Source of the DNA: Bifidobacterium tibiigranuli
Lineage (GTDB): Bacteria; Actinomycetota; Actinomycetes; Actinomycetales; Bifidobacteriaceae
Direction: 5' to 3'
Assembly (NCBI RefSeq): GCF_022655035.1
Contig: NZ_JALCUA010000002.1
Span: 34,745 to 98,744 of the forward strand
DNA length: 64,000 nucleotides
Positions 1 through 12,540 of the stretch are shown piece after piece (within the stretch, counting starts at the first letter, position 1; every line of letters starts with the position of its first letter). A program made the translations under genes and the position numbers. Under the pieces are notes generated by a model. The model ran no database searches. It worked only from the letters and a program-made list of their open reading frames with translations, and was not told the DNA's origin.

Positions 1-165
1 GTCGCCGTGCTGATTATCGTCTTCCGGCTGCTGGCGCTGGCAGTGGATGGACGGAATCCCGAGGTCGTAGCCGTATCTGTATCTGCGTCTAGGCTTTCGT
101 CTGCCGCCGTGCATGCGGAGAGCGCATCGGACCCGAATCACAACAGCAGCCGGAGCGGCACATGA
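1..165 (+). CDS. 3' end of a membrane protein, probably the CbiM/NikM-type substrate component of the ECF transporter (partial)
   Basis: Frame 1 is open from base 1 (VAVLIIVFRLLALAVDG...) to TGA 163-165, which overlaps the next ATG (ATGA coupling). It lies directly upstream of the T and A components. Confidence 0.45.
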   Translation, partial: VAVLIIVFRLLALAVDGRNPEVVAVSVSASRLSSAAVHAESASDPNHNSSRSGT

Positions 166-1016
166 GTTCCAGCCCATCGCTAGGCGGCATTCCCACCAAT
201 GAAACGATGACGTTGCCGGCATGGCTGCGCGAGCCTGAACGCTACACGCCGCCAAGCGACCGATCCTCATTCATCCAGCGCAACCTTGGTCATATGGGGC
301 AGGTGCTCTCACGGGTCGGCGCGGGTGCTCCGATCAGTCAGAGTCCTGTCGATCGTGCGCTGCGCACGGTTTCGCCGGCTGTACGCATTGTCGGCATCGT
401 GGCAGTGATCATCGCCGTGAATATCACACGCAATATGATGTTCTCTTACGCTATGCTTGCCGCCGCGCTCATGCTGCTGGCCGCGCGACCCGCATGGCTG
501 ATGCGCTCGATACTCATGCCCGCGCTCGCGATATGCGCATTCAGCCTGGCGGTTTCGCTGCCCGGCGTGTTCGTGGGACAGTACAATACTCCTGCGCGGC
601 TGGCTGTCAAAGCATTCGTCGCGGCTTCCTTCGTCATAGCCTTCGGCTGGACTGTGCCGTGGAACCGCCTGATTGCCGGGCTGCGCGGCATCGGATGCCC
701 CGATTCGCTGATCTACATCTGCGATGTGACGATGCAGTTCATCGATATACTCGGCCGCTCCATGATGCGTCTGCTCGATGCGCTGCAACTGCGCAGCGTC
801 GGGCGGGACAGCCGCAAACTCATGTCGGCCGGGCATGTGCTGGGCACCTTGTTCGTACATGCCAACGCGCAGGCGCGGCGCATGGCCGAGGCCATGGCAT
901 GCCGAGGATTCGACGGCAGCTATCGCATCCAGCGCGAGCCTTTGCTGACATGGGCCAATGGCGCGTATGTTGCTGCCATCGTGGCGATGACGGCGCTGGC
1001 TGTGTATCTGGGCTGA
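162..1016 (+). CDS. cbiQ: ECF transporter transmembrane T component (CbiQ/NikQ family)
   Basis: Multi-TM protein with the T-component motifs 'LQLRS' and 'MACRGFDG'; followed by an ECF ATPase. Confidence 0.8.
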   Translation: MSSSPSLGGIPTNETMTLPAWLREPERYTPPSDRSSFIQRNLGHMGQVLSRVGAGAPISQSPVDRALRTVSPAVRIVGIVAVIIAVNITRNMMFSYAMLAAALMLLAARPAWLMRSILMPALAICAFSLAVSLPGVFVGQYNTPARLAVKAFVAASFVIAFGWTVPWNRLIAGLRGIGCPDSLIYICDVTMQFIDILGRSMMRLLDALQLRSVGRDSRKLMSAGHVLGTLFVHANAQARRMAEAMACRGFDGSYRIQREPLLTWANGAYVAAIVAMTALAVYLG

Positions 1017-1099
1017 GTAGTTGAATAGGCAAAAGCTGGCATGAGCGAATATGACAGGCACGCACAACGAATCGATAGAGAACGAGCAGGTTGCTGAGC

Positions 1100-1894
1100 A
1101 TGAGTACCGTGAATCGTAGAAGGCGCTCTGTGGCGCAGCCTGATCCAGGCTGGTTCCAAGGCGAGCCGCTTGTGGATCTGCGCGACATCGATTTTTCCTA
1201 CCGTGAGTATGACACGGGTGACGGAGTCAGTGGCGATGGTAGGGATGGCAGACAAAGGCATAACGAACGACCGTGGACCGCGCACAAGGTGCTTGACACG
1301 GTCTCGCTGACCATCGAACGCGGCGAATGCGTGGCTCTGCTCGGCCCCAACGGCAGCGGCAAAACCACGCTCATGCGCATCATCAATGCCTTGGAATTCC
1401 CCGACGTAGGGGAGTACCGCTACGCAGGCACCCCGGTGACTCGAAGGCTAGTGCAATCCAAAAACAGCATATTCGCCAAAACACTGCACCAGCGCATAGG
1501 GTTCGTCTTCCAGAATTCCGACACCCAGCTGTTCTGCCCCTCCGTCGAGGAGGAAATCGCTTTCGGCCCCTCGCAAATGGGTCTGTCGCAGGATACGACC
1601 AACCAGCGCGTCGAAGACATGATTGGCATATTCGGTTTGGAATCCATGCGGCAGCGGGCCCCGTATCGGCTCTCAGACGGCGAGAAGAAGCGCGTCGCCA
1701 TCGCCGCATGCCTGTCGCTCAACCCCGAGCTGCTGGTGCTCGACGAGCCGACCGACGGCCTGGACGAGCGCAACACCGACATAGTTGTGCGCGTGCTGCA
1801 AGCCTTCGTCGCCTCCGGCAAGACCATACTGTTCTCCACGCATCATCGCGACATTGTGCGCCGCCTCAACGCGCGCGTGGCCGATGTCCTGTAA
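1100..1894 (+). CDS. cbiO: ECF transporter ATP-binding component (CbiO family)
   Basis: Walker A GPNGSGKT, Q-loop FVFQNSDTQLF, signature LSDGEKKR, Walker B LLVLDEP. Confidence 0.85.
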   Translation: MSTVNRRRRSVAQPDPGWFQGEPLVDLRDIDFSYREYDTGDGVSGDGRDGRQRHNERPWTAHKVLDTVSLTIERGECVALLGPNGSGKTTLMRIINALEFPDVGEYRYAGTPVTRRLVQSKNSIFAKTLHQRIGFVFQNSDTQLFCPSVEEEIAFGPSQMGLSQDTTNQRVEDMIGIFGLESMRQRAPYRLSDGEKKRVAIAACLSLNPELLVLDEPTDGLDERNTDIVVRVLQAFVASGKTILFSTHHRDIVRRLNARVADVL

Positions 1895-2019
1895 GGTACG
1901 CGGGTTTCCCTTGTATTGGGAAATCAGTGTCAGCCGGCTGACAACTCTGTCGAAAGCTGAACTCATCACGCTCCGGTGTCGAGCCTGCCCATTTACCGTT
2001 ATGAATCCGGTCAAGCCTA

Positions 2020-2197
2020 TCTAACGTCACGAATCCCGCACTAAGTCGCACCTACTGCGGGATTCGTGACGTTAGAACGCGGTCATACGTCACAATGCCC
2101 GCCCTACTTTCGTAATAGTGCAGGAGTTGTGACATTTCATGCCGTTCAAACGAAGCAATTCCCGCACAGGCTCCGTCATCATGCGGGAATTGTGACA
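2020..2197. repeat. Cluster of three REP-like hairpins (arms GTCAC-RAWTCCCGCA / TGCGGGAWT-YGTGAC)
   Basis: Perfect 21-bp inverted repeat 2020-2040/2056-2076, plus two degenerate units at about 2088-2133 and 2153-2197. Lies between convergent genes. Confidence 0.75.
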
Positions 2198-2235
2198 TAT
2201 TAATGCAGGTTCGACGTCATACGTTGCGGTTGCTG

Positions 2236-2601
2236 CTATTCGCCGGTGATTGACGCGGCGATGCTGGAGACGATGGCTATGATGATCGAGGCGAGGACCG
2301 ACCACCAGAAGCCGCCGACATCGACGCCTACGCCGAAGATTCCTATGGCCAGCCACGAGGCCAGGCGCATGAACAGCCAGTTGATGATGAGCGCGACCAG
2401 CCCTAGGCTGAGAACGCTGAACGGCAACGCCAGCAGGTGCACGATCGGCTTGATCGAGGCGTTGATCAGCGCCATGAACAGGGCGAACGCGGCGAAGCCG
2501 AGGATCGGCGGATTGCCGATTACATGCATGCCGGGCAGGATGAGCACCGTGACCGCCACGGCGATGGTCATCACGAGCCAGCGAATCAGAAAACGTGTCA
2601 T
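2236..2601 (-). CDS. Phage-holin-family (YvlD-like, 4 TM) membrane protein
   Basis: MTRFLIRWLV...ALINASIKPIVHLLALPFSVLSLGLVALIIN pattern typical of this family. Confidence 0.75.
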   Translation of the reverse strand: MTRFLIRWLVMTIAVAVTVLILPGMHVIGNPPILGFAAFALFMALINASIKPIVHLLALPFSVLSLGLVALIINWLFMRLASWLAIGIFGVGVDVGGFWWSVLASIIIAIVSSIAASITGE

Positions 2602-2700
2602 ACCACGATTATGCCAGCAGGGCGCCATAACTGCCTAACCGCCGTAACTGCAGCAATCCGAACGAGTCGCGTAATCGAAACCGTGACCTACTATGAAGCC

Positions 2701-3375
2701 ATGATTGTGCATTTGCATCTTGTGCGTCACGGACAGACGACATTCAACCGATACAACCGACTGCAGGGCTGGTCCAACGCCCCGCTCACTGACAAAGGGC
2801 TCGCCGACGCCGACAAAGCCGGAGACAAACTGCGCGGCATCGATTTCGCCGCAGCCTACTGCTCCGACACCACACGCGCCCAGATCACGGCCCGCCGCAT
2901 CCTCGACATCAATGAGCAGAGCGGGCACAAGCGCCCCGAGCTGCATGACGACATGCACTTCCGCGAGCAATACTACGGCTACTTCGAAGGCCAGGACATG
3001 AATGTGGCATGGTGGGCGGCGGGCGCTCCGCACGGCGCGCCGACCTACAATGCGATCATCGAGCAGTACGGGCTTGGCGCCACCAAGGACTTCCTCAAGG
3101 AGGCCGATCCCTTCCACGACGCGGAATCGGACGAGGAATACTGGCAGCGGATCGAGGGCGGTTACACGCTCATCGCGAACGACCCGACACTGCATGATGG
3201 CGATCATGTGCTGCAGATATCGCATGGCAATACGCTGCTCAGCCTCATGCACCGTTTCGCCCCCGAAGGCTACGACCTGAGCGAGCGACCGGCGAACGGC
3301 AGCGTGACCTGCTTCGACTTCGACACTGCTCAGCCGATCGACCGCGCCATGACCGTGGTGTCCTACAACCAGTAG
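2701..3375 (+). CDS. Histidine phosphatase (phosphoglycerate mutase-like) family protein
   Basis: LVRHGQT...RLQGWSNAPLT N-terminal motif and late 'ISHG'. Confidence 0.9.
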   Translation: MIVHLHLVRHGQTTFNRYNRLQGWSNAPLTDKGLADADKAGDKLRGIDFAAAYCSDTTRAQITARRILDINEQSGHKRPELHDDMHFREQYYGYFEGQDMNVAWWAAGAPHGAPTYNAIIEQYGLGATKDFLKEADPFHDAESDEEYWQRIEGGYTLIANDPTLHDGDHVLQISHGNTLLSLMHRFAPEGYDLSERPANGSVTCFDFDTAQPIDRAMTVVSYNQ

Positions 3376-3443
3376 AGGAAACCTTGTACGTCGAAACATG
3401 AAAATCCCGGAACCGGGCGAAAGAGCGACGGGGCGATAAGACG

Positions 3444-3472
3444 ATGGCCTGACGCATTATGCGTCAGGCCAT
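3444..3472 (+). terminator. Hairpin, probable terminator
   Basis: 13-bp perfect stem ATGGCCTGACGCA/TGCGTCAGGCCAT with a 3-nt loop; weak U-tract. Confidence 0.55.
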
Positions 3473-3583
3473 ATTGCGTCTGGGGCGTTGGCTAGGGTAA
3501 ATGCATATTATATGCGCATGCCAGAGAGCTTCGGCTGTATTTGGCAGTGCCGATGCAGATGTGATGCAAGAGAAAAGAGGTTC

Positions 3584-4000
3584 ATGATGGGTGTCGGGGA
3601 CATCGCCGGCCTGGTGGCGGCTATTGCATTCGCCGTGCTTGCCGGATTCCTTATCTACCCGCTGATCCGCTTGGGCAAGCTGCTCGACCAGATCGCTGAA
3701 ACGGTGAAGCAGACGGGCGACCACGCGATGCCTACGCTCGATGAGAGTGTGACGACCATTCAGCAGGTCAACAAGTCGCTTGAGGACGTCAACAAGATAT
3801 CATCGGCAGCTTCGACCACCGCGAATAACGTCGGAGCCCTGACCGATCTGTATGGCTCCTTCCTCGGCAAGCCCATCATCAAAATAGCCTCGGCCACCTT
3901 CGCACTGAAGACCACAGCGCAATCCTTCTTCTCGAAGAAGTCCAAGACTGAAGCTGATGAGACCGATTCCGTTGCAACCGCGAGCGACAAGGAGCTGTGA
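3584..4000 (+). CDS. DUF948-family membrane-anchored protein
   Basis: N-terminal TM (IAGLVAAIAFAVLAGFL) followed by a coiled coil; typically found upstream of alaS in actinobacteria. Confidence 0.75.
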   Translation: MMGVGDIAGLVAAIAFAVLAGFLIYPLIRLGKLLDQIAETVKQTGDHAMPTLDESVTTIQQVNKSLEDVNKISSAASTTANNVGALTDLYGSFLGKPIIKIASATFALKTTAQSFFSKKSKTEADETDSVATASDKEL

Positions 4001-4236
4001 TGTTCAAGCGAATCGTATGGATCGGCGTAGGCGTCGCCATCGGCGTCATCGCCGTGTCCAAGGCGCAGGCCTATGTTAAGGCGAATACGCCGGACAAGGC
4101 CCGCCAGTTCCTGCTTGGCCCCGATCAGGAGAATGTCGCATTCCGCACGCTCGGCGGGCTGATCGACGAATTCAACGCCGCACGGCGCACGCGGGAAGAC
4201 GAGCTCAACAAGCGCTACATCGAGCGCGCCGGCTGA
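4000..4236 (+). CDS. Small conserved membrane protein
   Basis: MFKRIVWIGVGVAIGV...FNAARRTREDEL; translationally coupled to the previous gene. Confidence 0.7.
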   Translation: MFKRIVWIGVGVAIGVIAVSKAQAYVKANTPDKARQFLLGPDQENVAFRTLGGLIDEFNAARRTREDELNKRYIERAG

Positions 4237-4526
4237 TGGGCCAGAATACAGCCATAACCGGGCCCGCGAAATCGACGACTGCAAACAGCGACTAGGTCTC
4301 CGCGACTGGTCATTGCCATTGTGCCGGCTGCCCGCATGAATCGCGTGCACTGCTCGCACTGAGCTTTTCATGGCGACATTCGTGCAGTGAGGAGCATCCG
4401 CACAGCCTGGCGCAGTATTGTTCAATATCATGATTTGGGCACGTTTCACGTGCCGACATCCAAAAACATCGTAAGCAAGAACCGTAAGCAAGAACATTGC
4501 AAGAATTCCAAGGAGCTAACGCCCGC

Positions 4527-7205
<2,679 letters not shown>

Positions 7206-7211
7206 GCCGGC

Positions 7212-7694
7212 ATGGCATGGCTTGGCGTCGATCTCGGTGACGCCCGGGTCGGACTCGCATTGTCCGACCCGGAGCTCACCTTCGCCCATCCGATGGAAAA
7301 CCTCGATGCGCGGGGAGATTCCTTCCGCACGCTTGACGCCGTGGCCGAAATCATCGAAGACCGCGCGATCACCGACCAGGCGATCGACCATATCGTCGTA
7401 GGGCTGCCGTTGCAGCTCAACGGCAGCGAAGGCAAAAGCGCGAAAAAGGCCCGACGCTGGGCTGCGAACCTCGCCAAGCGGCTGGCTACGCTCAGCGAGG
7501 ACGAGTCGTCACCAATTCATGACATACCTTCGATAGCATTGATGGATGAACGATTGACCACGGTCAGCGCGCATCGTCAGTTGCATGAGGCGCATATCGC
7601 CGGCAGGCGTCACCGACCTGTGGTCGACCAGCAGTCGGCAGTGGTGATTCTGCAGTCGGCGTTGGACGCCAGGACCAATCAGAGGAGCGATTAG
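7212..7694 (+). CDS. ruvX: YqgF/RuvX family nuclease (pre-16S rRNA maturation)
   Basis: LGVDLGDARVGLA, VVGLP, DERLTT, VDQQSAVVILQ; conserved position after alaS. Confidence 0.92.
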   Translation: MAWLGVDLGDARVGLALSDPELTFAHPMENLDARGDSFRTLDAVAEIIEDRAITDQAIDHIVVGLPLQLNGSEGKSAKKARRWAANLAKRLATLSEDESSPIHDIPSIALMDERLTTVSAHRQLHEAHIAGRRHRPVVDQQSAVVILQSALDARTNQRSD

Positions 7695-8989
7695 TGCCCG
7701 AGGATTTCAACACCTTCTTTGAAGATGCCGGACTCGGCCCCGATGCGGCCGACGGCGATGCAGCGAACAGCGATGCGTTTAACGACAATGCTTCTGACGG
7801 CACTGCGTTCGATGACAATATGCTTGATGACAATGCGTTCAACGGCACCGCACAATCGACGCAGCAGGCAGGTACGGCTGCGCCACAGCCGCCGCTCCCG
7901 CCCAAATCTCGCAAGGAGATGCGTCGGCAGCGCGAGCATCCGCGCAACACTAGGCTCAGAGCCATCATCATCGTATTCGTCGTGCTCGGCATCGTCGCAG
8001 GCGGCGGGTATTTCAGCTACACGAAGATCAGGTCCTGGGCAGCCGCTCGAAACTCGTCGGGCACGCAGATCGCGGACTATCCCGGTCCGGGATCGGGCAG
8101 CGTGCGTATCAGCGTCGCCAATGGCGATGATTCGACTCAGGTCGCCAAAAAGCTCAAAGACGCCGACGTGATCAAATCCGAGGCGGCTTTCACCGCCGCA
8201 GTGACGGCGAACAGCAGCACGCTCTATCCGGGCATCTATACGCTGAAACTGCATATGGCTGCGATTGATGTCGTCAAGATACTCTCCGACCAGAGCAAGG
8301 CGACCGGATTCCTTGAAGTGCGCTCCGGCGAGCGGGCTTCCGACATCATCGCCAATGCGGCAAGCCTGTCCGGCATCAGCAAATCCGATTTCCAAAGCAT
8401 CGTAGACAAAGGGGGAGTTGGCATTCTGCCTCCTGAGGCAGGCGGCAAGTTCGAAGGCTGGCTTGAGCCGGGGTCGTACGATGTTAAGTCGATTGGCTCT
8501 GCTGAAGGCATCATGAAGGCGATGGTGAGCAAACGTGTCGCCCAGCTCGACGCCATGGGGGCACCCACCGGTGCGCAGCGTGAAAAGCTGCTCACAATCG
8601 CCTCGATAGCCGAATCTGAGGTCAACTCGCAGGAGTACTACGGCAAGGTCGTGCGCGTCATTCTCAACCGTTTGGCCAAGAACATGAATCTGGGCATGGA
8701 TACCACGGTCGCCTATGGACTGGGCATCAGCGCCGACAAGCTCACCGACGATATGCTGGCCAATGGCTCCAATCCATACAACACGCGCGTGAACGCCGGG
8801 CTGCCGCCGACGCCGATCAGCAATCCCAGCGATGATGTGCTCAAAGACGCGATGAACCCGCCGGCGGGCGACTGGCTGTACTTCGTCACGACGAATCTGA
8901 ATACTGGCGAAACCAAATTTGCCACGACGGAAGACGAATTCTGGAAGATTCGCGACGAGTACAAGCAGACGAATTCCAACGCGAACTAG
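7694..8989 (+). CDS. mltG: Endolytic transglycosylase MltG
   Basis: Single TM followed by the YceG domain: EGWLEPGSY, ASIAESE, NPYNT...GLPPTPISNP, WLYFVT. Confidence 0.92.
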   Translation: MPEDFNTFFEDAGLGPDAADGDAANSDAFNDNASDGTAFDDNMLDDNAFNGTAQSTQQAGTAAPQPPLPPKSRKEMRRQREHPRNTRLRAIIIVFVVLGIVAGGGYFSYTKIRSWAAARNSSGTQIADYPGPGSGSVRISVANGDDSTQVAKKLKDADVIKSEAAFTAAVTANSSTLYPGIYTLKLHMAAIDVVKILSDQSKATGFLEVRSGERASDIIANAASLSGISKSDFQSIVDKGGVGILPPEAGGKFEGWLEPGSYDVKSIGSAEGIMKAMVSKRVAQLDAMGAPTGAQREKLLTIASIAESEVNSQEYYGKVVRVILNRLAKNMNLGMDTTVAYGLGISADKLTDDMLANGSNPYNTRVNAGLPPTPISNPSDDVLKDAMNPPAGDWLYFVTTNLNTGETKFATTEDEFWKIRDEYKQTNSNAN

Positions 8990-9477
8990 AAAATCAGCAA
9001 TCCGGGCAGCAGCACGGCACACACGCCCGAGATGACGATAACCGGCACGAACGGCGCTCGAATCGAAGGCGTGCGGGCTGATGACGTGCCGCGGCTCAAT
9101 CGGCTGCAAACATGCCAACTGCCGATCCAAAGCAGACCGATGAGTCCCATGAGCAGCCACCAGCTCAGGAAGGCCATCAGACCGAGCCAGCCGACCGCCT
9201 GACCGACCAGCGCGGCGCAGGTGACATCGCCGAATCCCAGGCTTCCCGGGCGCAGCGCGGACAGCAGCCATTGCAGCAGCGCGGCGAAGGCTGCGTAGCC
9301 CAAAGCCGCCAGAAAACCCCAAGGTCGACCATGCGACGCGCCGTAAATGATGAACGCTGCGCACTGCGTGACCATGCCGAAGGCGACCCAGATACGCGGC
9401 ACGCGTCGGGTCCGCAGGTCATGCGCGGCCAGCAGCGTCCCGCATAGCAGACTGGGCAGCATGGCAAAGTAGGACAT
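8986..9477 (-). CDS. Prepilin peptidase (A24 family, TadV-like)
   Basis: Aspartic peptidase motifs 'HDLRTRRVP' and 'LGFGDV', and 'PFVPVI'; multi-TM. Confidence 0.8.
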   Translation of the reverse strand: MSYFAMLPSLLCGTLLAAHDLRTRRVPRIWVAFGMVTQCAAFIIYGASHGRPWGFLAALGYAAFAALLQWLLSALRPGSLGFGDVTCAALVGQAVGWLGLMAFLSWWLLMGLIGLLWIGSWHVCSRLSRGTSSARTPSIRAPFVPVIVISGVCAVLLPGLLIF

Positions 9478-9522
9478 GACAGTAAGATAGTCGAAGTTGA
9501 TCGTATAAGCGAAGGAGAAGGC

Positions 9523-10710
9523 ATGTTGCGCTGGCAGACTGCGGGTGAATCGCACGGTGAGGCGTTGGTCGCGATGATCGAGGGGCTGCCCGCCGGCATC
9601 GAGGTCACTAGCGCGGATGTGGTCGATGCGCTGGCGCGTCGGCGGCTGGGATATGGGCGCGGCTCGCGCATGAAATTCGAACAGGACAAGGTGCGGCTGC
9701 TTACCGGCGTGCGCCACGGCAGGACGCTTGGCTCGCCCATCGCCATTGAAATCGCCAACACCGAATGGCCCAAGTGGACGGAAGTGATGAGCGCCGATCC
9801 GCTCGATCACGAGCTTGCCGATACCGGCCGCAACGCGCCGCTGAGCCGCCCGAGGCCCGGGCACGCCGACCTGACCGGCATGCGCAAGTACGGTTTCGAC
9901 GATGCCCGCGAGGTGCTTGAACGTTCCAGCGCCCGCGAAACCGCTTCACGGGTGGCTCTCGGCTCCGTTGCCGCACGCTTCCTTGAGCAATCCGTGGGCG
10001 TGCGCACTGTTGCGCATGTCATCTCAATCGGCGGCGTGGGCGTCGGCGACGACTACGAGCTGCCTACGCCCGACGATGTGGAGACGCTTGACGCCTCGCC
10101 GGTGCGCACTCTGGACACCGATGCTGCGCAGCGCATGATGATGCGTGTCGATGAGGGCAAGGCGGCGGCCGACACCATCGGCGGCGTCGTTGAGGTGCTC
10201 GCCTACGGCATGCCCGCCGGTGTGGGCACCTACGTGGAGTCCGACCGGCGCCTGGATGGCGCTCTGGCTGGTGCCATCATGGGCATTCAGGCCATCAAGG
10301 GCGTGGAGATCGGCGATGGGTTCCGCGAAGCCGAACGCTTCGGATCGCAGGCGCATGACGAGATGGTGCCCGGCGAGAACGGGCATATCGCGCGGCTGAG
10401 CAATCGTGCCGGCGGCATCGAAGGCGGCATGTCGAATGGCGAGATCATCCGCGTGCGGGCCGCCATGAAGCCGATTCCTTCGATTCCGCGCGCGTTGCGC
10501 ACCATCGACATCCACACGGGCGAGCCTGCGCAGGCCATCAACCAGCGTTCCGACAGCACGGCGGTGCCCGCCGCTTCGGTCGTGTGCGAGGCGATGGTCC
10601 GACTCACGCTTGCGCGCTTCATTCTTGAGAAGTTCGGGGGCGACAGCATCGCCGAAACCCGACGCAACGCCGAGCAGTACCTCGCCTCCTGGCCCGAGCA
10701 TATGCGCTGA
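9523..10710 (+). CDS. aroC: Chorismate synthase
   Basis: [39 protein letters not shown]. Confidence 0.97.
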   Translation: MLRWQTAGESHGEALVAMIEGLPAGIEVTSADVVDALARRRLGYGRGSRMKFEQDKVRLLTGVRHGRTLGSPIAIEIANTEWPKWTEVMSADPLDHELADTGRNAPLSRPRPGHADLTGMRKYGFDDAREVLERSSARETASRVALGSVAARFLEQSVGVRTVAHVISIGGVGVGDDYELPTPDDVETLDASPVRTLDTDAAQRMMMRVDEGKAAADTIGGVVEVLAYGMPAGVGTYVESDRRLDGALAGAIMGIQAIKGVEIGDGFREAERFGSQAHDEMVPGENGHIARLSNRAGGIEGGMSNGEIIRVRAAMKPIPSIPRALRTIDIHTGEPAQAINQRSDSTAVPAASVVCEAMVRLTLARFILEKFGGDSIAETRRNAEQYLASWPEHMR

Positions 10711-10822
10711 GCGGCGCAGCATCTCAGCATCGTAGTCGTTCCGATTCGCTGGCATCGACACGGTCAGTATCAACGTTGTTGTCATCACCACTGTTGTTGT
10801 CATCACTACTAAGGATTTCCCC

Positions 10823-12448
10823 ATGAGTGCACACCATCCGCTCGCCGTCATCATCGGCATGCCCGGAGCAGGCAAGACCCGCGTCGGGCATCAGGCCGCA
10901 TCGATGCTCGGCGTGGCATTCATCGATGCCGACCAGCGCGTTGAGGATGAGGCGCGCATGGGCATTCCGCAGTACTTCGAACGCTACGGCGAGAAGGCGT
11001 TCCGTGATTTGGAATCCTCGCTGATTCGTGAGCTGCTCGATGGCTATGACGGCCTGCTTTCCCTCGGCGGCGGCGCTCCGATGACCCCAGCTACGCGGCA
11101 GTCCCTTGTCGACTATGTTCACGGCGGCGGACGGCTGATCTACTTACAAGCCGATCCAAAGGAAGCTATGGAACGTGCGCGGCGAGGTGGCAACCGGCCG
11201 ATGCTCAAAGGCGACCCTGACGCGCGTTGGAAGCAGCTGTTCGAGGAACGAGACCCGGTGTTCTCCGAGCTGGCGAACATCCATGTGCGCACGCACGGGT
11301 CGACGCCGCAAATGGCGGCGCGGAAACTGACGGAGGCGATTATGCAACGAACAATCCATGTCACCGGCTCGTCCATCGAGCCCTACGATGTGCGCGTCGG
11401 CGAAAGCGTGATGCAGCAGCTGCCTGAGATTCTGGGGGAGCGCCCCACGAAAATCGCGCTGATTCACACCCAGCCGGTGCAGCGCCACAGCGATCATGCG
11501 CGCGCGCTGCTGCGCCGGGCGGGCTATAGCGTCTCGGACGTCGTGATACCCGATGCCGAAGCAGGCAAAACCAATCCGGTGGCCAACGACATCTGGGAGC
11601 GGCTGGGCAATGAGGGCTTCACCCGTTCCGATGCGGTTGTCGGGCTCGGCGGCGGAGCGGCCACCGATCTGGCCGGATTTGTGGCTGCGACCTGGATGCG
11701 CGGCATCCGTTACGTGAACTGCCCGACTTCGCTGCTGGCGATGGTCGACGCCTCGACTGGCGGCAAAACCGGCATCAACACGCCGCAGGGCAAGAATCTG
11801 GTCGGCTCTTTCTACACGCCGGCAGGCGTGCTCGCCGATCTCAAAACGCTGGCTACGCTTCCCAATGACATCTTCACCGAAGGACTTGGCGAGGTCGCCA
11901 AATCCGGACTCATCATGGACGAGGGCATCCTTGACCTGCTTGAGGATCACGGCGAGGAGTTGCGCGCATTCGACGGCGCACAGTTCCTTGGTTCCCCGCT
12001 CGAAGGCGTCGTCTCCGAGCTCATCGAGCGCACCGTGCGGGTCAAGGCCTACCATGTCTCCAGCGACCTCAAGGAGGCCGGGCTGCGCGAATTCCTCAAC
12101 TACGGCCACACGCTGGCCCATGCCATCGAGACGCTTGAGCACTTCCGCTGGCGGCACGGCAACGCGGTCGCGGTCGGATGCGTCTACGCGGCTGAGCTGG
12201 CTGGCCTCCTCGGCTATCTCGACAAGGACGAGGTCGATTACCACCGTTCGCTGCTCGGGTCCTTGGGGCTGCCCACGTCTTGGCATCATGAGGACTGGGA
12301 CGAAGTGCTCGCCCTGATGCATCGCGACAAGAAGGCGCGCGGCAATCACCTGCGCTTCGTGATTCTGGATGGCATCGGCCACCCGATTCACCTCGAAGAC
12401 CCGCCGCAGGACGCCGTGCACGAGGCCTTCGTGCGCATTCAGCAGTAG
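10823..12448 (+). CDS. aroB: Bifunctional shikimate kinase / 3-dehydroquinate synthase (AroK-AroB fusion)
   Basis: N-terminal GMPGAGKT...SLGGG...RPML (AroK); C-terminal [34 protein letters not shown] (AroB). Confidence 0.95.
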   Translation: MSAHHPLAVIIGMPGAGKTRVGHQAASMLGVAFIDADQRVEDEARMGIPQYFERYGEKAFRDLESSLIRELLDGYDGLLSLGGGAPMTPATRQSLVDYVHGGGRLIYLQADPKEAMERARRGGNRPMLKGDPDARWKQLFEERDPVFSELANIHVRTHGSTPQMAARKLTEAIMQRTIHVTGSSIEPYDVRVGESVMQQLPEILGERPTKIALIHTQPVQRHSDHARALLRRAGYSVSDVVIPDAEAGKTNPVANDIWERLGNEGFTRSDAVVGLGGGAATDLAGFVAATWMRGIRYVNCPTSLLAMVDASTGGKTGINTPQGKNLVGSFYTPAGVLADLKTLATLPNDIFTEGLGEVAKSGLIMDEGILDLLEDHGEELRAFDGAQFLGSPLEGVVSELIERTVRVKAYHVSSDLKEAGLREFLNYGHTLAHAIETLEHFRWRHGNAVAVGCVYAAELAGLLGYLDKDEVDYHRSLLGSLGLPTSWHHEDWDEVLALMHRDKKARGNHLRFVILDGIGHPIHLEDPPQDAVHEAFVRIQQ

Positions 12449-12460
12449 CTTTAGGGCAGT

Positions 12461-12484
12461 TTGACGGCGGGGGGGGGGTATTCT
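12461..12484 (+). promoter_or_regulatory. Putative sigma-70 promoter with a G10 homopolymer in the -35/-10 spacer
   Basis: TTGACG (12461-66), GC, G10 (12469-78), TATTCT (12479-84); 56 nt upstream of the surface-protein ATG. Confidence 0.5.
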
Positions 12485-12540
12485 TTTGCTGGGAAGGCTA
12501 CGGTGCCTCGCCATTGAGAAGCAGAAGGGAATTTCTCCAT

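Noticed and set aside
1928-1943. 16-bp perfect palindrome TGTCAGCCGGCTGACA
   Set aside because: Lies 3' of cbiO between convergent genes, with no promoter to regulate and no loop; no supportable function.
2020-2197. Possible CRISPR array (repeated palindromes), also considered for 52881-52989 and 53561-53630
   Set aside because: Units are degenerate, are not separated by ~30-40-nt unique spacers at a constant period, and there are no cas genes.
2236-2601. Holin-family gene as a sign of a prophage
   Set aside because: No endolysin, structural, terminase or integrase genes nearby; this family is a common chromosomal membrane protein.
4237-4526. T-box riboswitch upstream of alaS
   Set aside because: No T-box consensus (UGGNACC) or specifier stem recognisable.
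7785-7845. Acidic repeats in the MltG N-terminus, and low-complexity inserts in PhoH and the CBS protein tail
   Set aside because: Common disordered extensions in bifidobacterial proteins; no evidence of a distinct function.
10823-12448. AroK-AroB fusion as a novelty
   Set aside because: A known arrangement in bifidobacteria and other actinobacteria.
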